From contig JBFIML010000010.1 in assembly GCA_041611735.1 (NCBI GenBank), positions 26,200-90,199 of the forward strand: a DNA stretch of 64,000 bases, written 5' to 3'. This DNA comes from Myxococcota bacterium (GTDB taxonomy: Bacteria > Myxococcota_A > UBA9160 > PR03). The notes below the pieces were generated by a model, which saw only the letters and a list, made by a program, of their open reading frames with translations, had not been told where the DNA came from and did not search any database. Shown here piece after piece: positions 28,204-37,709 of this stretch. Positions within the stretch are counted from its first letter, which is position 1. Each line of letters begins with the position of its first letter. A program made the translations under genes and the position numbers.

Positions 28204-29228
28204 GGCGTCCGGCGCCGCTGGAAGCGGTCCACCTTGGCGCTGTGCTCGGCGAAGCTGCGCGAGAAGTCGTGGGTGCCGTCGTTGCGGGACACGAAGTAGA
28301 GGAATTCGCTCTCGGCGGGGTGCACCACCGCCCGCAGGGCCTCCCGGCCCGGGTTCGCGATGGGCGTCGGGGGCAGGCCGGCGATTCGATAGGTGTTCCA
28401 GGGGTTCTCCGCGTCCTCCAGGTGCACCCGGCGCAAGTTCCCGTCGAAGTCGGAGATGCCGTAGATCACCGTCGGGTCCGACTCGAGCCGCATGCCGCGC
28501 TCCAATCGGTTGCGAAACACCGATGCGATCAGCGGCCGCTCGTGCGGTGCGCCGGTCTCCTTCTCCACGATCGAGGCGAGTGTCACGACCTGACGCATGC
28601 CGAGCCCCTGGCGGACGGCCTCCTCGGCGAGCGGGCTCCAGACGCGGTGGAACTGGTCCACCAGCACGCGCACCACGTCGGCGGTGGAGAGACCCCGGGG
28701 CAGCCGGTAGGTCTCGGGGAAGAGGTAGCCTTCGAGGGTCTCGCCCTCGACCCCGTAGGCCGGGGGCGCGGCCGGGTCGCGCACCAGGCGCACGAAGGCC
28801 CGCCGGTCCACGAGCTCTGCCTGCGCCAGGCGGCCCGCGATCTCCGCGGCGGTGAGCCCCTCCGGCAGCACGACCTCGTGGGTCTTCACCGCGCCCCGGG
28901 CGATGCGCCCGAGGATCGCCTCCGACGACATGCGCGGCGAGAGCTCGTACTCCCCGGCCCGCATGCCGCTCTCGTAGCCACGCAGGCGGGCCAGCCAGAC
29001 GACGGCCCGGGCGCTGCGTACGAGGCCCTCCCGCTCCAGCTCGCGCGCCACCGTCCGCAGGCCGGCGCCCGAGCGCACCTCGAAGAGCCGGGCTTCGCCG
29101 CCGGGGTTCCGGGGAGCCACCATGCGGCTCCACGCGAGACCCGCCCCGGTCACCACCAGGAAGACCGCGAGCAGGCCCCCGACCGCGAGCGCCGCGGTGC
29201 GGCGGGCTCTCTCGGCGTCCTCGCTCAC
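28200..29228 (-). CDS. mltG: Endolytic transglycosylase MltG
   Basis: TM anchor; LEGYLFPETY, LASIVEKET, NRLERGMRLESDPT, NTYRIAGLPPTPIANPG and LYFVS motifs. Confidence 0.96.
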   Translation of the reverse strand: MSEDAERARRTAALAVGGLLAVFLVVTGAGLAWSRMVAPRNPGGEARLFEVRSGAGLRTVARELEREGLVRSARAVVWLARLRGYESGMRAGEYELSPRMSSEAILGRIARGAVKTHEVVLPEGLTAAEIAGRLAQAELVDRRAFVRLVRDPAAPPAYGVEGETLEGYLFPETYRLPRGLSTADVVRVLVDQFHRVWSPLAEEAVRQGLGMRQVVTLASIVEKETGAPHERPLIASVFRNRLERGMRLESDPTVIYGISDFDGNLRRVHLEDAENPWNTYRIAGLPPTPIANPGREALRAVVHPAESEFLYFVSRNDGTHDFSRSFAEHSAKVDRFQRRRTP

Positions 29229-29668
29229 GGGTGCTCCGTGCCGGGCGCGGCCCGGCGCGAGCGCTCGAGATGGGTCTGGAGCAGGATCGTCGCGGCCGCC
29301 GCGTCCAGGCGGCCCGGCTCGCGCCGCCGGGTCCCGGCGCCGTCGGCCTCGCGCAGGGCCCGCTCCGCCTCCCGGGTCGTCCAGCGTTCGTCGAGGAGCT
29401 CCACGGGCCGCCCGGTCGTGGTCTCGAGCTCCCGGGCGAAGCGCTCGGCGGCCAGGGCCTCGGGTCCACGGCGGCCGTTCATGTGCATCGGGAGGCCGAC
29501 CACGATGGCCTCGATGGCGCGCTCCTCGACGAGGGCCCGCAGCGCTGCAAGATCCCGGCGCTTGCCGCGCCGCAGGAGCCAGCCCGCGGGGAAGGCGATC
29601 CGACCCGCGGCGTCCGAGACTGCGAGCCCGATGCGCCGGGTGCCGAGATCGAGTCCGAGCAGCCGCAT
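29225..29668 (-). CDS. ruvX: RuvX/YqgF pre-16S rRNA nuclease
   Basis: LGLDLGTRRIGLAVSD, VVGLP, DERWTT and DAAAATILLQ motifs. Confidence 0.95.
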   Translation of the reverse strand: MRLLGLDLGTRRIGLAVSDAAGRIAFPAGWLLRRGKRRDLAALRALVEERAIEAIVVGLPMHMNGRRGPEALAAERFARELETTTGRPVELLDERWTTREAERALREADGAGTRRREPGRLDAAAATILLQTHLERSRRAAPGTEHP

Positions 29669-29728
29669 GCCCAGGGAAAGCTAGTGCAGGGCGTGGCCCC
29701 CCGGAAGGGAGCGCCCCGGGGATCCGGA

Positions 29729-31144
29729 TCAGGCCTGGGGTCCGGCCGACTGCGCACGCTGTCGCAGCGCTCGGCTCGCCGCCTCGCGCACGCGCGCGTC
29801 GCTGCCCTGGGCCGCTGCCTCCAGCACCCGATGCGCGGCTTCCCCGGGCATGTGCCCCAGCGCGGCCACGGCCGCCTCCTGGACCGCGCGCAGTCCGCCG
29901 CGCCACAGCACGCTCTTGCGCTGCAAGAGGGCGGCCAGCGCCGGCGTCGCCTCGGACCGGCCCAGGCGTCCCAGGGCGCGGAGCGTCTCCCGAGCCAGGG
30001 CCGAGCGCCGCTGGCCGACGGCATTCTCGAGCGCCGCGACCAGCGGCCGGATCGCCTCGGGCCGCCGCGTCGCACCCAGGCAGAAGGCGGCCAGGCCGGA
30101 AACGCCCGCCACCGGGCTGTCGAGCGCCTGGGCCAGGACGCGCAGCGCGTTCCCGTCGCCGATCCGCACCAGCGCCTTGGCCGCCTCGCGGCGCAGCTCC
30201 TCGTCGGGGCTGGTCAGGAGCCGACCCAGGGCCGGCACGGCCAGCGGGTTCTGACTCTCGCCAGCCAGCCGCGCAGCCAGGCGCCTCCGGCAGGGCGAGC
30301 CCTTCTCGAGGGCGCGCACCAGCTCGGGGCCCGCTGCGCTCATGGCGATCAGGATCCCCGACAACTGTCCGCGTCCTTCGGCGTCCGTCTCTTCCTGGAG
30401 CCGATCGAGCAGGGGGCGCACCGCCTCCTCGCCGATCAACAGCAGGAGCTGGGCGGCGCGCACGCTCTCGGCGCTGCCTGGGACGCGGGCGCGATCGATC
30501 AGGTCCTCGAATACCGCCGCTTCGGCGGCCATGCGGCGCACGGCCTGGTGCGCCACCGCCCGCTGCGCCGAGGAGCGCCTGGTTCCCTTTCCGGCATGCA
30601 CCGACAGCACCAGAAGGGCGCGATAGGCCTCGTCCGATGCGCCGCTGCGGGCCAAGGCGAGGGCCTGATCGGTCACCGCAGCGGCCAGGTCCGGATAGCG
30701 GGCGTCGTCGCCGCAGTCCTCTAGCTCGCGCAGCCGGGTCAGGAACTCCGAGACCGCCCCGGTAGACGTTGCGGCCGGAGGCTCGGCCCCGCTGGAGGCC
30801 AGCTGCGCCGCGAGCTCCCGCAAGGCGGCCGGCTCCAGGTCCGGGTCGAAGCGCAGGCGATGCAGGCCCCGGGCCGCGAACTCCCGGGCCAGCTCATCCA
30901 GGCGGCCGCGCCCCACCGCCGCATCCGAGCCGCCCAGCCAGAAGGCGCCGCGTCGCACCTCCAGCTCGAGGGGGCCATTGCGCGCGAGCTCCGCCTGCCA
31001 GGCTTGGAAGCTCCGATCCAGCAGCTCGTCCCGGGTCGGATCCCCCTCGGGGTAGTACTGGAGGCCGCGCACGGCCCGCCCGAGCTCCACCAGCAGCGTG
31101 GAGACGTCAGCCGGCGTCCGGGGCGTCGGGGGACCTTGGGACAT
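29729..31144 (-). CDS. HEAT-repeat protein
   Basis: Repeated PBS/HEAT units (AVPALGRLL...RREAAKAL; VREAASRAL) and an N-terminal YPEGDP-type domain. Confidence 0.82.
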   Translation of the reverse strand: MSQGPPTPRTPADVSTLLVELGRAVRGLQYYPEGDPTRDELLDRSFQAWQAELARNGPLELEVRRGAFWLGGSDAAVGRGRLDELAREFAARGLHRLRFDPDLEPAALRELAAQLASSGAEPPAATSTGAVSEFLTRLRELEDCGDDARYPDLAAAVTDQALALARSGASDEAYRALLVLSVHAGKGTRRSSAQRAVAHQAVRRMAAEAAVFEDLIDRARVPGSAESVRAAQLLLLIGEEAVRPLLDRLQEETDAEGRGQLSGILIAMSAAGPELVRALEKGSPCRRRLAARLAGESQNPLAVPALGRLLTSPDEELRREAAKALVRIGDGNALRVLAQALDSPVAGVSGLAAFCLGATRRPEAIRPLVAALENAVGQRRSALARETLRALGRLGRSEATPALAALLQRKSVLWRGGLRAVQEAAVAALGHMPGEAAHRVLEAAAQGSDARVREAASRALRQRAQSAGPQA

Positions 31145-31207
31145 CGGTCCCGGATCGGCTCGCGCGTCTCCTGCCTTGAAAAAGGGGAGCGACGCCTCGA
31201 CGACCCG

Positions 31208-31801
31208 GTGGCCAGGGGGCTACTGTCCCGGCAACGCCCGGCTTCCCCCCGTCGAGGCGCGAACCCATCCTCCGCGGTCCCGAGCGGAGCCGTCATCTCG
31301 AAGCCTGGATCCAGGGCCACGCGTTCGTTCGCCCTCGCCCTCGCCACCGCGGGGGGCGCGGGGCTGGCTCCGATCGCCCCGGGCACGGTGGGGTCGGCGG
31401 TGGGCGTCGTGCTCTTCTGGCCCCTGGCCGCGCTACCGGCTCCGCTCTACGCCCTGACCGTCGCCACCCTCGCCTTCCTCGGGGTCTGGGCGGCGGACCA
31501 GGCGGAGCGCGCCTTCGGCCGCCGCGACGACGGACGCATCGTGATCGACGAAGTGGCGGGGCAGCTGATCGCCCTCTCGCCGCTGGTCTTCCTGGCACGG
31601 CCCCTCGCTTGGCCCTCGGTCGTGACCGCATTCGTCCTGTTCCGGGTGTTCGATGTGTGGAAGCCGGGCCCCGTGCGCTGGGCGGAGCGGGGCGCCGCGG
31701 GCGGGGTGGGCGTGATGCTCGACGACGTGGTGGCGGGGGTCCTGGCGGCCGGGACGCTGGTGGTGCTCCTCGTGCTGCTGCCCGAATACGGGGTCGCATG
31801 A
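31208..31801 (+). CDS. pgpA: Phosphatidylglycerophosphatase A
   Basis: APGTVGS, DDGRIVIDEVAG, FRVFDVWKPGP and GVMLDDVVAG motifs. Start uncertain; homology begins near 31320. Confidence 0.92.
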   Translation: MARGLLSRQRPASPRRGANPSSAVPSGAVISKPGSRATRSFALALATAGGAGLAPIAPGTVGSAVGVVLFWPLAALPAPLYALTVATLAFLGVWAADQAERAFGRRDDGRIVIDEVAGQLIALSPLVFLARPLAWPSVVTAFVLFRVFDVWKPGPVRWAERGAAGGVGVMLDDVVAGVLAAGTLVVLLVLLPEYGVA

Positions 31802-33075
31802 AGGCGGAGATCCTGACGGTCGGCGACGAGATCCTGCGTGGGGAGATCCTCGACTCGAACAAGGCACTGGTCTCGGAGCGGCTGCTCGCCCTGGACGTGG
31901 AGACCGATTTCCACACCTCGGTACGCGACGACCGGGCGCACCTGGCCGACGCCCTGCGGCGTGCCACGTCGCGCAGCGACGTGGTGATCGTCTCCGGCGG
32001 TCTCGGCCCGACCCGCGACGACCTGACCATCGCGGTGCTGGCGGAGACCTTCGAGCGCAAGCTCGTGCTGCACGAGCCCTCGCTCCAGGCGATCCGCGTC
32101 TTCTTCGCACGCCTGGGCCGCCAGATGGCCGAGAACAACGCCAAGCAGGCCCGCTTTCCCGAGGGCGCCGAGGTGTTGCCGAACCCGATCGGGACCGCAC
32201 CGGGCTGCCTGCTCGAGGTGGAAGGCACGCTCTGCTTCTGCTTGCCGGGCGTGCCCCGCGAGCTCGAGCGCATGCTGGACGAGCAGGTGCTGCCGCGTCT
32301 CGCCGCTCGCCGCGGCACCGGCGGGGTCGTGCGCGCCACGCTGCTGCGCACCTTCGGGATCGGCGAGTCGGACCTGGACGCTCGTCTACACGACGTGGGT
32401 CTCGAGCCGGGCGTCACCCTCGGCTTCCGCACCAAGTTCCCCGACAACCTGCTGCGTCCCGTGGTGCGGGCCGCGAATGGCGCCGAGGCGGATGCGAGGC
32501 TCGCGCGCGTGGTGGCCGTCCTGCGCGAGCGTCTCGGTCCCCTGGTCTACGGAGAGGGGGAGACGGAGACGCTCGAGGCGGTGGTGGGACGGCTGCTGCG
32601 CGAGCAGGGGCGCACTCTCGCGGTGGCCGAGTCGTGCACGGGAGGGCTCCTGGCCGAGCGCATCACGGCGGTGCCCGGAGCCTCGGACTATTTCCGGGGT
32701 GGCGTCGTCGCCTATTCGAACGCGGCGAAGACGGCGCTGCTCGGCGTCCCGGCGGAGCTCCTGGAGGGCCACGGTGCCGTCTCCGGGCCGGTGGCGCGCG
32801 CCATGGCCGAGGGGGCGTGCGCACGCTTCGGCGCCGACCTGGCGGTGGCGACCACGGGCATCTCGGGGCCTGGTGGCGGCACGCAGACCAAGCCCGTGGG
32901 CCTCGTCCATCTGGCCCTTGCGCGTAGAGACGCGAGCGACGCGGTCGAGCTGAACATGCCTCTCGATCGGCAGCGCCATCGCGCCCTCACCACCCAGATC
33001 GGCCTGGACTGGCTGCGGCGCACGCTGCTCGGCGTCCCGCTCGAGCTGCCGCGCCTCGGACGGAGAGAGAAGTGA
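31798..33075 (+). CDS. cinA: Competence/damage-inducible protein CinA (NMN deamidase fusion)
   Basis: VGDEILRGEILDSN, GGLGPTRDDLT, LPGVPRE, AESCTGG and TGISGPGGGT motifs. Confidence 0.96.
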   Translation: MKAEILTVGDEILRGEILDSNKALVSERLLALDVETDFHTSVRDDRAHLADALRRATSRSDVVIVSGGLGPTRDDLTIAVLAETFERKLVLHEPSLQAIRVFFARLGRQMAENNAKQARFPEGAEVLPNPIGTAPGCLLEVEGTLCFCLPGVPRELERMLDEQVLPRLAARRGTGGVVRATLLRTFGIGESDLDARLHDVGLEPGVTLGFRTKFPDNLLRPVVRAANGAEADARLARVVAVLRERLGPLVYGEGETETLEAVVGRLLREQGRTLAVAESCTGGLLAERITAVPGASDYFRGGVVAYSNAAKTALLGVPAELLEGHGAVSGPVARAMAEGACARFGADLAVATTGISGPGGGTQTKPVGLVHLALARRDASDAVELNMPLDRQRHRALTTQIGLDWLRRTLLGVPLELPRLGRREK

Positions 33076-33076
33076 C

Positions 33077-33649
33077 GTGGCGGAGCAAGGTCGAAGCCTC
33101 CGCGCCTTCTTCGCGGTGGAGCTCGGCGAGGCGGCACGCCGCGAGGCCGCCGTCCTGGTCCGGCGGCTCGCCCAGCGAGCGGGCGGGGACGGCGTGCGCT
33201 GGGTGCGGCCGGAGGCCTTCCACGTGACGCTGCGCTTCCTCGGCGCCGTGGCGGAGGACCGCGTGCCGCGGGTGGTCCGGGAGGTGCGCGCCGCGACCGC
33301 CCACGTGGCGGGCTTCGCGCTGCGACTCGGCGCCCTGCACGCCTTCCCCTCGCTGCGCCGTGCCCGTGTGGTGGTGCTGGAGCTCGCGCCCCACGAGCCC
33401 CTGGTGGCGCTGGCGGCGGCCGTGGAGGCGGGCGTCGTCGCGGCCGGCTTCGCCCCGGAGCGGCGTCGCTACCGCGGCCACCTGACGCTCGGGCGGGTAC
33501 GCACGGGCCGTCTGCCCGCCCTGGACGACCGCGTCGCCCCCTGCCCCTTCCCGGTGCGCGAGTTCAGGCTCTTCCACAGCCAGCTCTCGCCGCAGGGCTC
33601 GATCTATACCTCCCTCGAGCGGATCCCGCTCGCAAACGCTTCCCCTTGA
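33077..33649 (+). CDS. thpR: RNA 2',3'-cyclic phosphodiesterase (2H family)
   Basis: RAFFAV start and two HxT motifs ([14 protein letters not shown]). Confidence 0.93.
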   Translation: MAEQGRSLRAFFAVELGEAARREAAVLVRRLAQRAGGDGVRWVRPEAFHVTLRFLGAVAEDRVPRVVREVRAATAHVAGFALRLGALHAFPSLRRARVVVLELAPHEPLVALAAAVEAGVVAAGFAPERRRYRGHLTLGRVRTGRLPALDDRVAPCPFPVREFRLFHSQLSPQGSIYTSLERIPLANASP

Positions 33650-33675
33650 ACGCAACCGAAACAGGAGAACCAGAC

Positions 33676-34761
33676 ATGGCCAACACCGACCGCAAGCCGA
33701 GCGAGCAGACCGCGACCCGGGATACCCAGAAACGCAAGGCGATCCACCTGGCCGTATCGGCCATCGAGAAGCAGTTCGGCAAGGGCGCCATCCTCACCAT
33801 GAGCGAGGACGCCATCGACCGGGACATCGAGGTGATCCCGAGCGGCTCGCCCAGCCTCGACCTCGCCCTCGGCATCGGCGGCTATCCACGCGGCCGGGTG
33901 TTGGAGATCTACGGGCCCGAGTCGAGCGGAAAGACCACCCTCGCCCTGCATGCCGTGGCCGAGGCGCAGAAGCAGGGCGGCGTCGCCGCCTTCATCGACG
34001 CCGAGCACGCCCTCGACGTGGGCTACGCGCGTCGGCTCGGCGTGCACGTGGAGGACCTGCTGGTCTCCCAGCCGGACACCGGCGAACAGGCGCTCGAGAT
34101 CGCCGACGTCCTGCTGCGCTCGGGGGCCGTGGACCTCGTGGTGGTGGACTCGGTGGCGGCACTCGTGCCGCGCGCGGAGATCGAGGGCGAGATGGGCGAC
34201 CAGCAGCCGGGGCTGCAGGCGCGGCTCATGAGCCAGGCCATGCGCAAGCTCACGGGCACGGTGTCGAAGTCGCACGCGACGGTGATCTTCATCAACCAGC
34301 TCCGCATGAAGATCGGTGTCATGTTCGGGAACCCCGAGACCACGTCCGGCGGGAACGCGCTCAAGTTCTACTCCTCCGTGCGTCTCGACGTGCGCCGCAT
34401 CGCCGCCATCAAGAACGGCGAGGAGGTGACGGGGAATCGCACCCGGGTCAAGGTGGTGAAGAACAAGTGCGCGCCGCCCTTCCGGAAGGCCGAGTTCGAC
34501 ATCCTCTACAACCAGGGCATCTCGGTGGAGGGCGACCTTCTGGATCTCGCCACCGAGGACGGCATCGTGGAGAAGAGCGGTTCCTGGTACTCCTACGACG
34601 GGGAGCGCATCGGACAGGGCCGCGAGAACACGCGCCAGTTCCTGAAGGACAACCCCGACGTCTTCGGGCTCATCAGCGAGGCGGTGTACGCCAAGCGCGG
34701 TTTGAAGCGCGCGGTCCCGGTGGCGACGGGGCCCGTGGAGGCGGAGGCCGAGGAGGCGTAG
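33676..34761 (+). CDS. recA: Recombinase RecA
   Basis: [29 protein letters not shown] and [10 protein letters not shown] motifs; AGGAG RBS. Confidence 0.99.
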   Translation: MANTDRKPSEQTATRDTQKRKAIHLAVSAIEKQFGKGAILTMSEDAIDRDIEVIPSGSPSLDLALGIGGYPRGRVLEIYGPESSGKTTLALHAVAEAQKQGGVAAFIDAEHALDVGYARRLGVHVEDLLVSQPDTGEQALEIADVLLRSGAVDLVVVDSVAALVPRAEIEGEMGDQQPGLQARLMSQAMRKLTGTVSKSHATVIFINQLRMKIGVMFGNPETTSGGNALKFYSSVRLDVRRIAAIKNGEEVTGNRTRVKVVKNKCAPPFRKAEFDILYNQGISVEGDLLDLATEDGIVEKSGSWYSYDGERIGQGRENTRQFLKDNPDVFGLISEAVYAKRGLKRAVPVATGPVEAEAEEA

Positions 34762-34783
34762 GCGTCGACGAGCCGCGACGGAG

Positions 34784-36256
34784 CTAGAGCGGCTCCCAGC
34801 CGCTGGCGGCCGGAGCCGGGGAGACCGAGGTGGCTGCCCCGGCGGCCGTCACCTGGACGCGCGCCAGAGGGGTGGTCAGCGGGAAGGCCGGCACGGCGAG
34901 AGTGCGGGGGGCGCCCTCCGCGTCCCGGGTCGTGAGGCGGGTCTCCGCTCGTGGGTTGATCCAGAGCGTGAACGCGGCCCGCGGGTCGAGGCCGGCCTCC
35001 ACCAGGCGCTGCTCCAGCTCCGCCGCGTACTCCCCCATCGCGCTGCGCAGCACGAAGGCCGGCACGCGTCGGCTCTCCCGGCAGGTCCCGACGGCGCGCG
35101 CGCGGTCCAAGCGCTTCCACGAGCCCGCTGCCAGGTCCAGCCGCACGGCGCGGCAGCCGCCTTCCAGCCAGCGCAGGTCCAGGGCGGCCGATCCGTCGGC
35201 CGTGATGCGCTCCTGGGGGCGGCCGAAGCGGCCTCCCAGAGAGCAGGCCTCGCCCGGCAACGGCAGGGAGCGGGAGGTGTGGTCCGGCTCCACCACGCGC
35301 AGCCACTCCCGGACCCCTCCGGTCTCCGCATCCGCGCGTCGCAGCAGGACGAACGTGCGGTCTGCCCAGCGCAAGGCCAGCTGGTCGTTGCGGTCGGCGG
35401 CGTCCGGGGCGGGCCGTTCCGGCGAGGCGGTGGGATCGAGCGCCGCGGGCAGCGCCTCGTCCCCGGGACGCCAGAGCACCTCGAGCGGGCTCCCAGGCAC
35501 GATCTCCCGGGGACCCGGTGCCGTGGCGAGGACCAGCGCGCCGGTGGCCGTCCAGGCGAGACGGCGGCCCCGGAGTTCGCTGGTCCGGGCCACCAGCACC
35601 GGCCGGGACCGCTCCGGGCCGAGGCTTGCGAGCCGCACCGCCACGCCTGCCGCCCCTCGCTCGGTCCAGGCCGCGTGACGCCCGTCGGGAGCGAGACTCA
35701 GGTCGAGGACGGGCCCCTGGCAGTTCGCCCCGAAGCCGAGGGTGGCCCGGGCGGTCAGGACGCCGTCGGGAAGGCCCTCTCCGTGGCCAGGCGCTCCGGC
35801 GCTGGCGGTGGGGGTGCCCGCCCCCGGCTCCTCCGGCCGGCAAGAGCCCCTACGGTCCTCGGCGTCGAAGGCCGGCACCAGGGCGATGCGCAGCGGGCGT
35901 CGGGGCTCCAAGACCCGCGGCGGGGAGCAGCGGTAGCCCTCCGCGGAGACCGCCACCACCCGGGTCTCCGTCACGAGCCAGGGCCAGAGCGTGAGACTCG
36001 GGCGCAGCCGGGTCTCGACCCGGAAGCGGCCCGCCGCGTCGCTGTCGGCCTTCCCCTCCCCGAGGATCCGACGCTCGGGCAGCACCTGGTCGTAGCGTCC
36101 CTCATGGCGGACGTGGACCTGGGCCCGCGCCACGGGGCGGCCCGTCCGGGCATCCACCACCACCCCGGAGATCGGGGGGACGACGCGTGCCGGCAGGGGG
36201 GCGCAGGCGAGCAGCAGCCCCCCGGCGAGGCTCCGGAGAACGAGGGTCTTCGTCAT
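34784..36256 (-). CDS. Hypothetical lipoprotein (carboxypeptidase-regulatory-like N-terminal domain, possible propeller-like region)
   Basis: Lipobox LLAC, GVVVDARTGRPVARAQV, and a LSLAPDGRHAAW blade-like motif. Confidence 0.7.
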   Translation of the reverse strand: MTKTLVLRSLAGGLLLACAPLPARVVPPISGVVVDARTGRPVARAQVHVRHEGRYDQVLPERRILGEGKADSDAAGRFRVETRLRPSLTLWPWLVTETRVVAVSAEGYRCSPPRVLEPRRPLRIALVPAFDAEDRRGSCRPEEPGAGTPTASAGAPGHGEGLPDGVLTARATLGFGANCQGPVLDLSLAPDGRHAAWTERGAAGVAVRLASLGPERSRPVLVARTSELRGRRLAWTATGALVLATAPGPREIVPGSPLEVLWRPGDEALPAALDPTASPERPAPDAADRNDQLALRWADRTFVLLRRADAETGGVREWLRVVEPDHTSRSLPLPGEACSLGGRFGRPQERITADGSAALDLRWLEGGCRAVRLDLAAGSWKRLDRARAVGTCRESRRVPAFVLRSAMGEYAAELEQRLVEAGLDPRAAFTLWINPRAETRLTTRDAEGAPRTLAVPAFPLTTPLARVQVTAAGAATSVSPAPAASGWEPL

Positions 36257-36433
36257 CCCGGCTTTCCCGGAGAGTGGTTTCGGCCGGTGGCGGCCGAAAC
36301 CTGAGCCCCCCCGCCGGTCCCGGCCGGGCTCCTGCCGCCCCGGCGCGACGGGCCGGCGGCTCAAGGCAGGGGCCCATCCGGTCGAAAGAACCTCCGGGCG
36401 CAACGCCTTGCGCCCGGAGGGTCCCGCACCGCC

Positions 36434-37606
36434 ATGGCGGAGTTGAACGAGGTCCTGAAGATTGCGTTGAAGGGCGGCGCCTCGGACATCCACATCAAGT
36501 CCGGGCTGCCGCCCATGTTCCGGGTCGATGGCGCGCTCGTCCCGCTGAAGAACGCCGAGCGCCTGCTTCCGGACCAGGTCGAGACCATGGCCCTCTCGAT
36601 CATGAACCCGGTGCAGAAGGCGCGCTTCGAGGAGTCCCGGGAATGTGATCTCGCCTACGGGATCCCGGGCCTCGGCCGCTTCCGCGTCAACGTGTTCCAG
36701 CAGCGCGGCACCATCGGCGTCGTCTTCCGGGTGATCCCCTTCGGCGTGAAGACCATCGAGCAGCTCTTCCTGCCCAAGGTGGTCGAGAACGTCGCCATGG
36801 AGCAGCGGGGTCTGATCCTGGTCACCGGCACCACCGGGTCCGGCAAGTCGACGACGCTGGCGGCGATGATCGATCACATCAACTCGAACCGGACCTGCCA
36901 CATCATGACGATCGAGGATCCAATCGAGTTCCTGATCCGCGATCGTCGATCGCTGGTGAACCAGCGCGAGATCGGCGTCGATACCCAGAGCTTCGCTGCC
37001 GCCTTGCGCGCGGCCTTGCGCCAGGATCCCGACGTCATCCTGGTGGGCGAGATGCGCGACTTCGAGACCATCGAGACGGCCCTCACCGCCGCCGAGACCG
37101 GCCACCTGGTGATGAGCACGCTCCATACACTCGACGCGACGGAGACCATCAACCGCATCATCTCCGTGTTTCCGCCGTACCAGCAGAAGCAGGTGCGACT
37201 GCAGCTCGCCTCGATCCTGAAGGCCGTGATCTCCCAACGGTTGGTGCCGCGGGCGGATGGAAAGGGTCGCGTCCCGGCGCTCGAAGTGCTGGTCTCTACG
37301 GCCCGGGTGCGCGAGTGCATTGGTGACAAGGACCGCACCAAGGAGATCCCGGACGCGATCGCCAAGGGCTACACGACCTACGGCATGCAGAGTTTCGACC
37401 AGTCGCTCATGCAGCTCGTGAAGGGAAACCTCGTCACCTACGACGAGGCCTTGAAGCACGTCTCCAACGCAGACGACTTCGCGCTGCGCTTCCGCGGCGT
37501 GGCCTCCACCTCCGATGGCACCTGGGACGACTTCGAGAAGGAGGAGGAGCCGGCCAAGCCTGCCGCCCAGGCCGCCGCCCCCCCCATCGACATCGAACGC
37601 TTCTGA
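36434..37606 (+). CDS. pilT: PilT/PilU-family type IV pilus retraction ATPase
   Basis: ASDIH, RFRVNVF, GTTGSGKST, TIEDPIE, LRQDPDVILVGEMRD and GMQSFDQSL motifs. Confidence 0.95.
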   Translation: MAELNEVLKIALKGGASDIHIKSGLPPMFRVDGALVPLKNAERLLPDQVETMALSIMNPVQKARFEESRECDLAYGIPGLGRFRVNVFQQRGTIGVVFRVIPFGVKTIEQLFLPKVVENVAMEQRGLILVTGTTGSGKSTTLAAMIDHINSNRTCHIMTIEDPIEFLIRDRRSLVNQREIGVDTQSFAAALRAALRQDPDVILVGEMRDFETIETALTAAETGHLVMSTLHTLDATETINRIISVFPPYQQKQVRLQLASILKAVISQRLVPRADGKGRVPALEVLVSTARVRECIGDKDRTKEIPDAIAKGYTTYGMQSFDQSLMQLVKGNLVTYDEALKHVSNADDFALRFRGVASTSDGTWDDFEKEEEPAKPAAQAAAPPIDIERF

Positions 37607-37709
37607 CGGGGACGTTCTCGACTGACGCACCTGGCTCGGTCGGGGTTCACGGGATGGCCCTCTAGTCGACAGCGTCCCCCCTCCGCTATTCTCGCCTGCC
37701 GAGAGTTCC

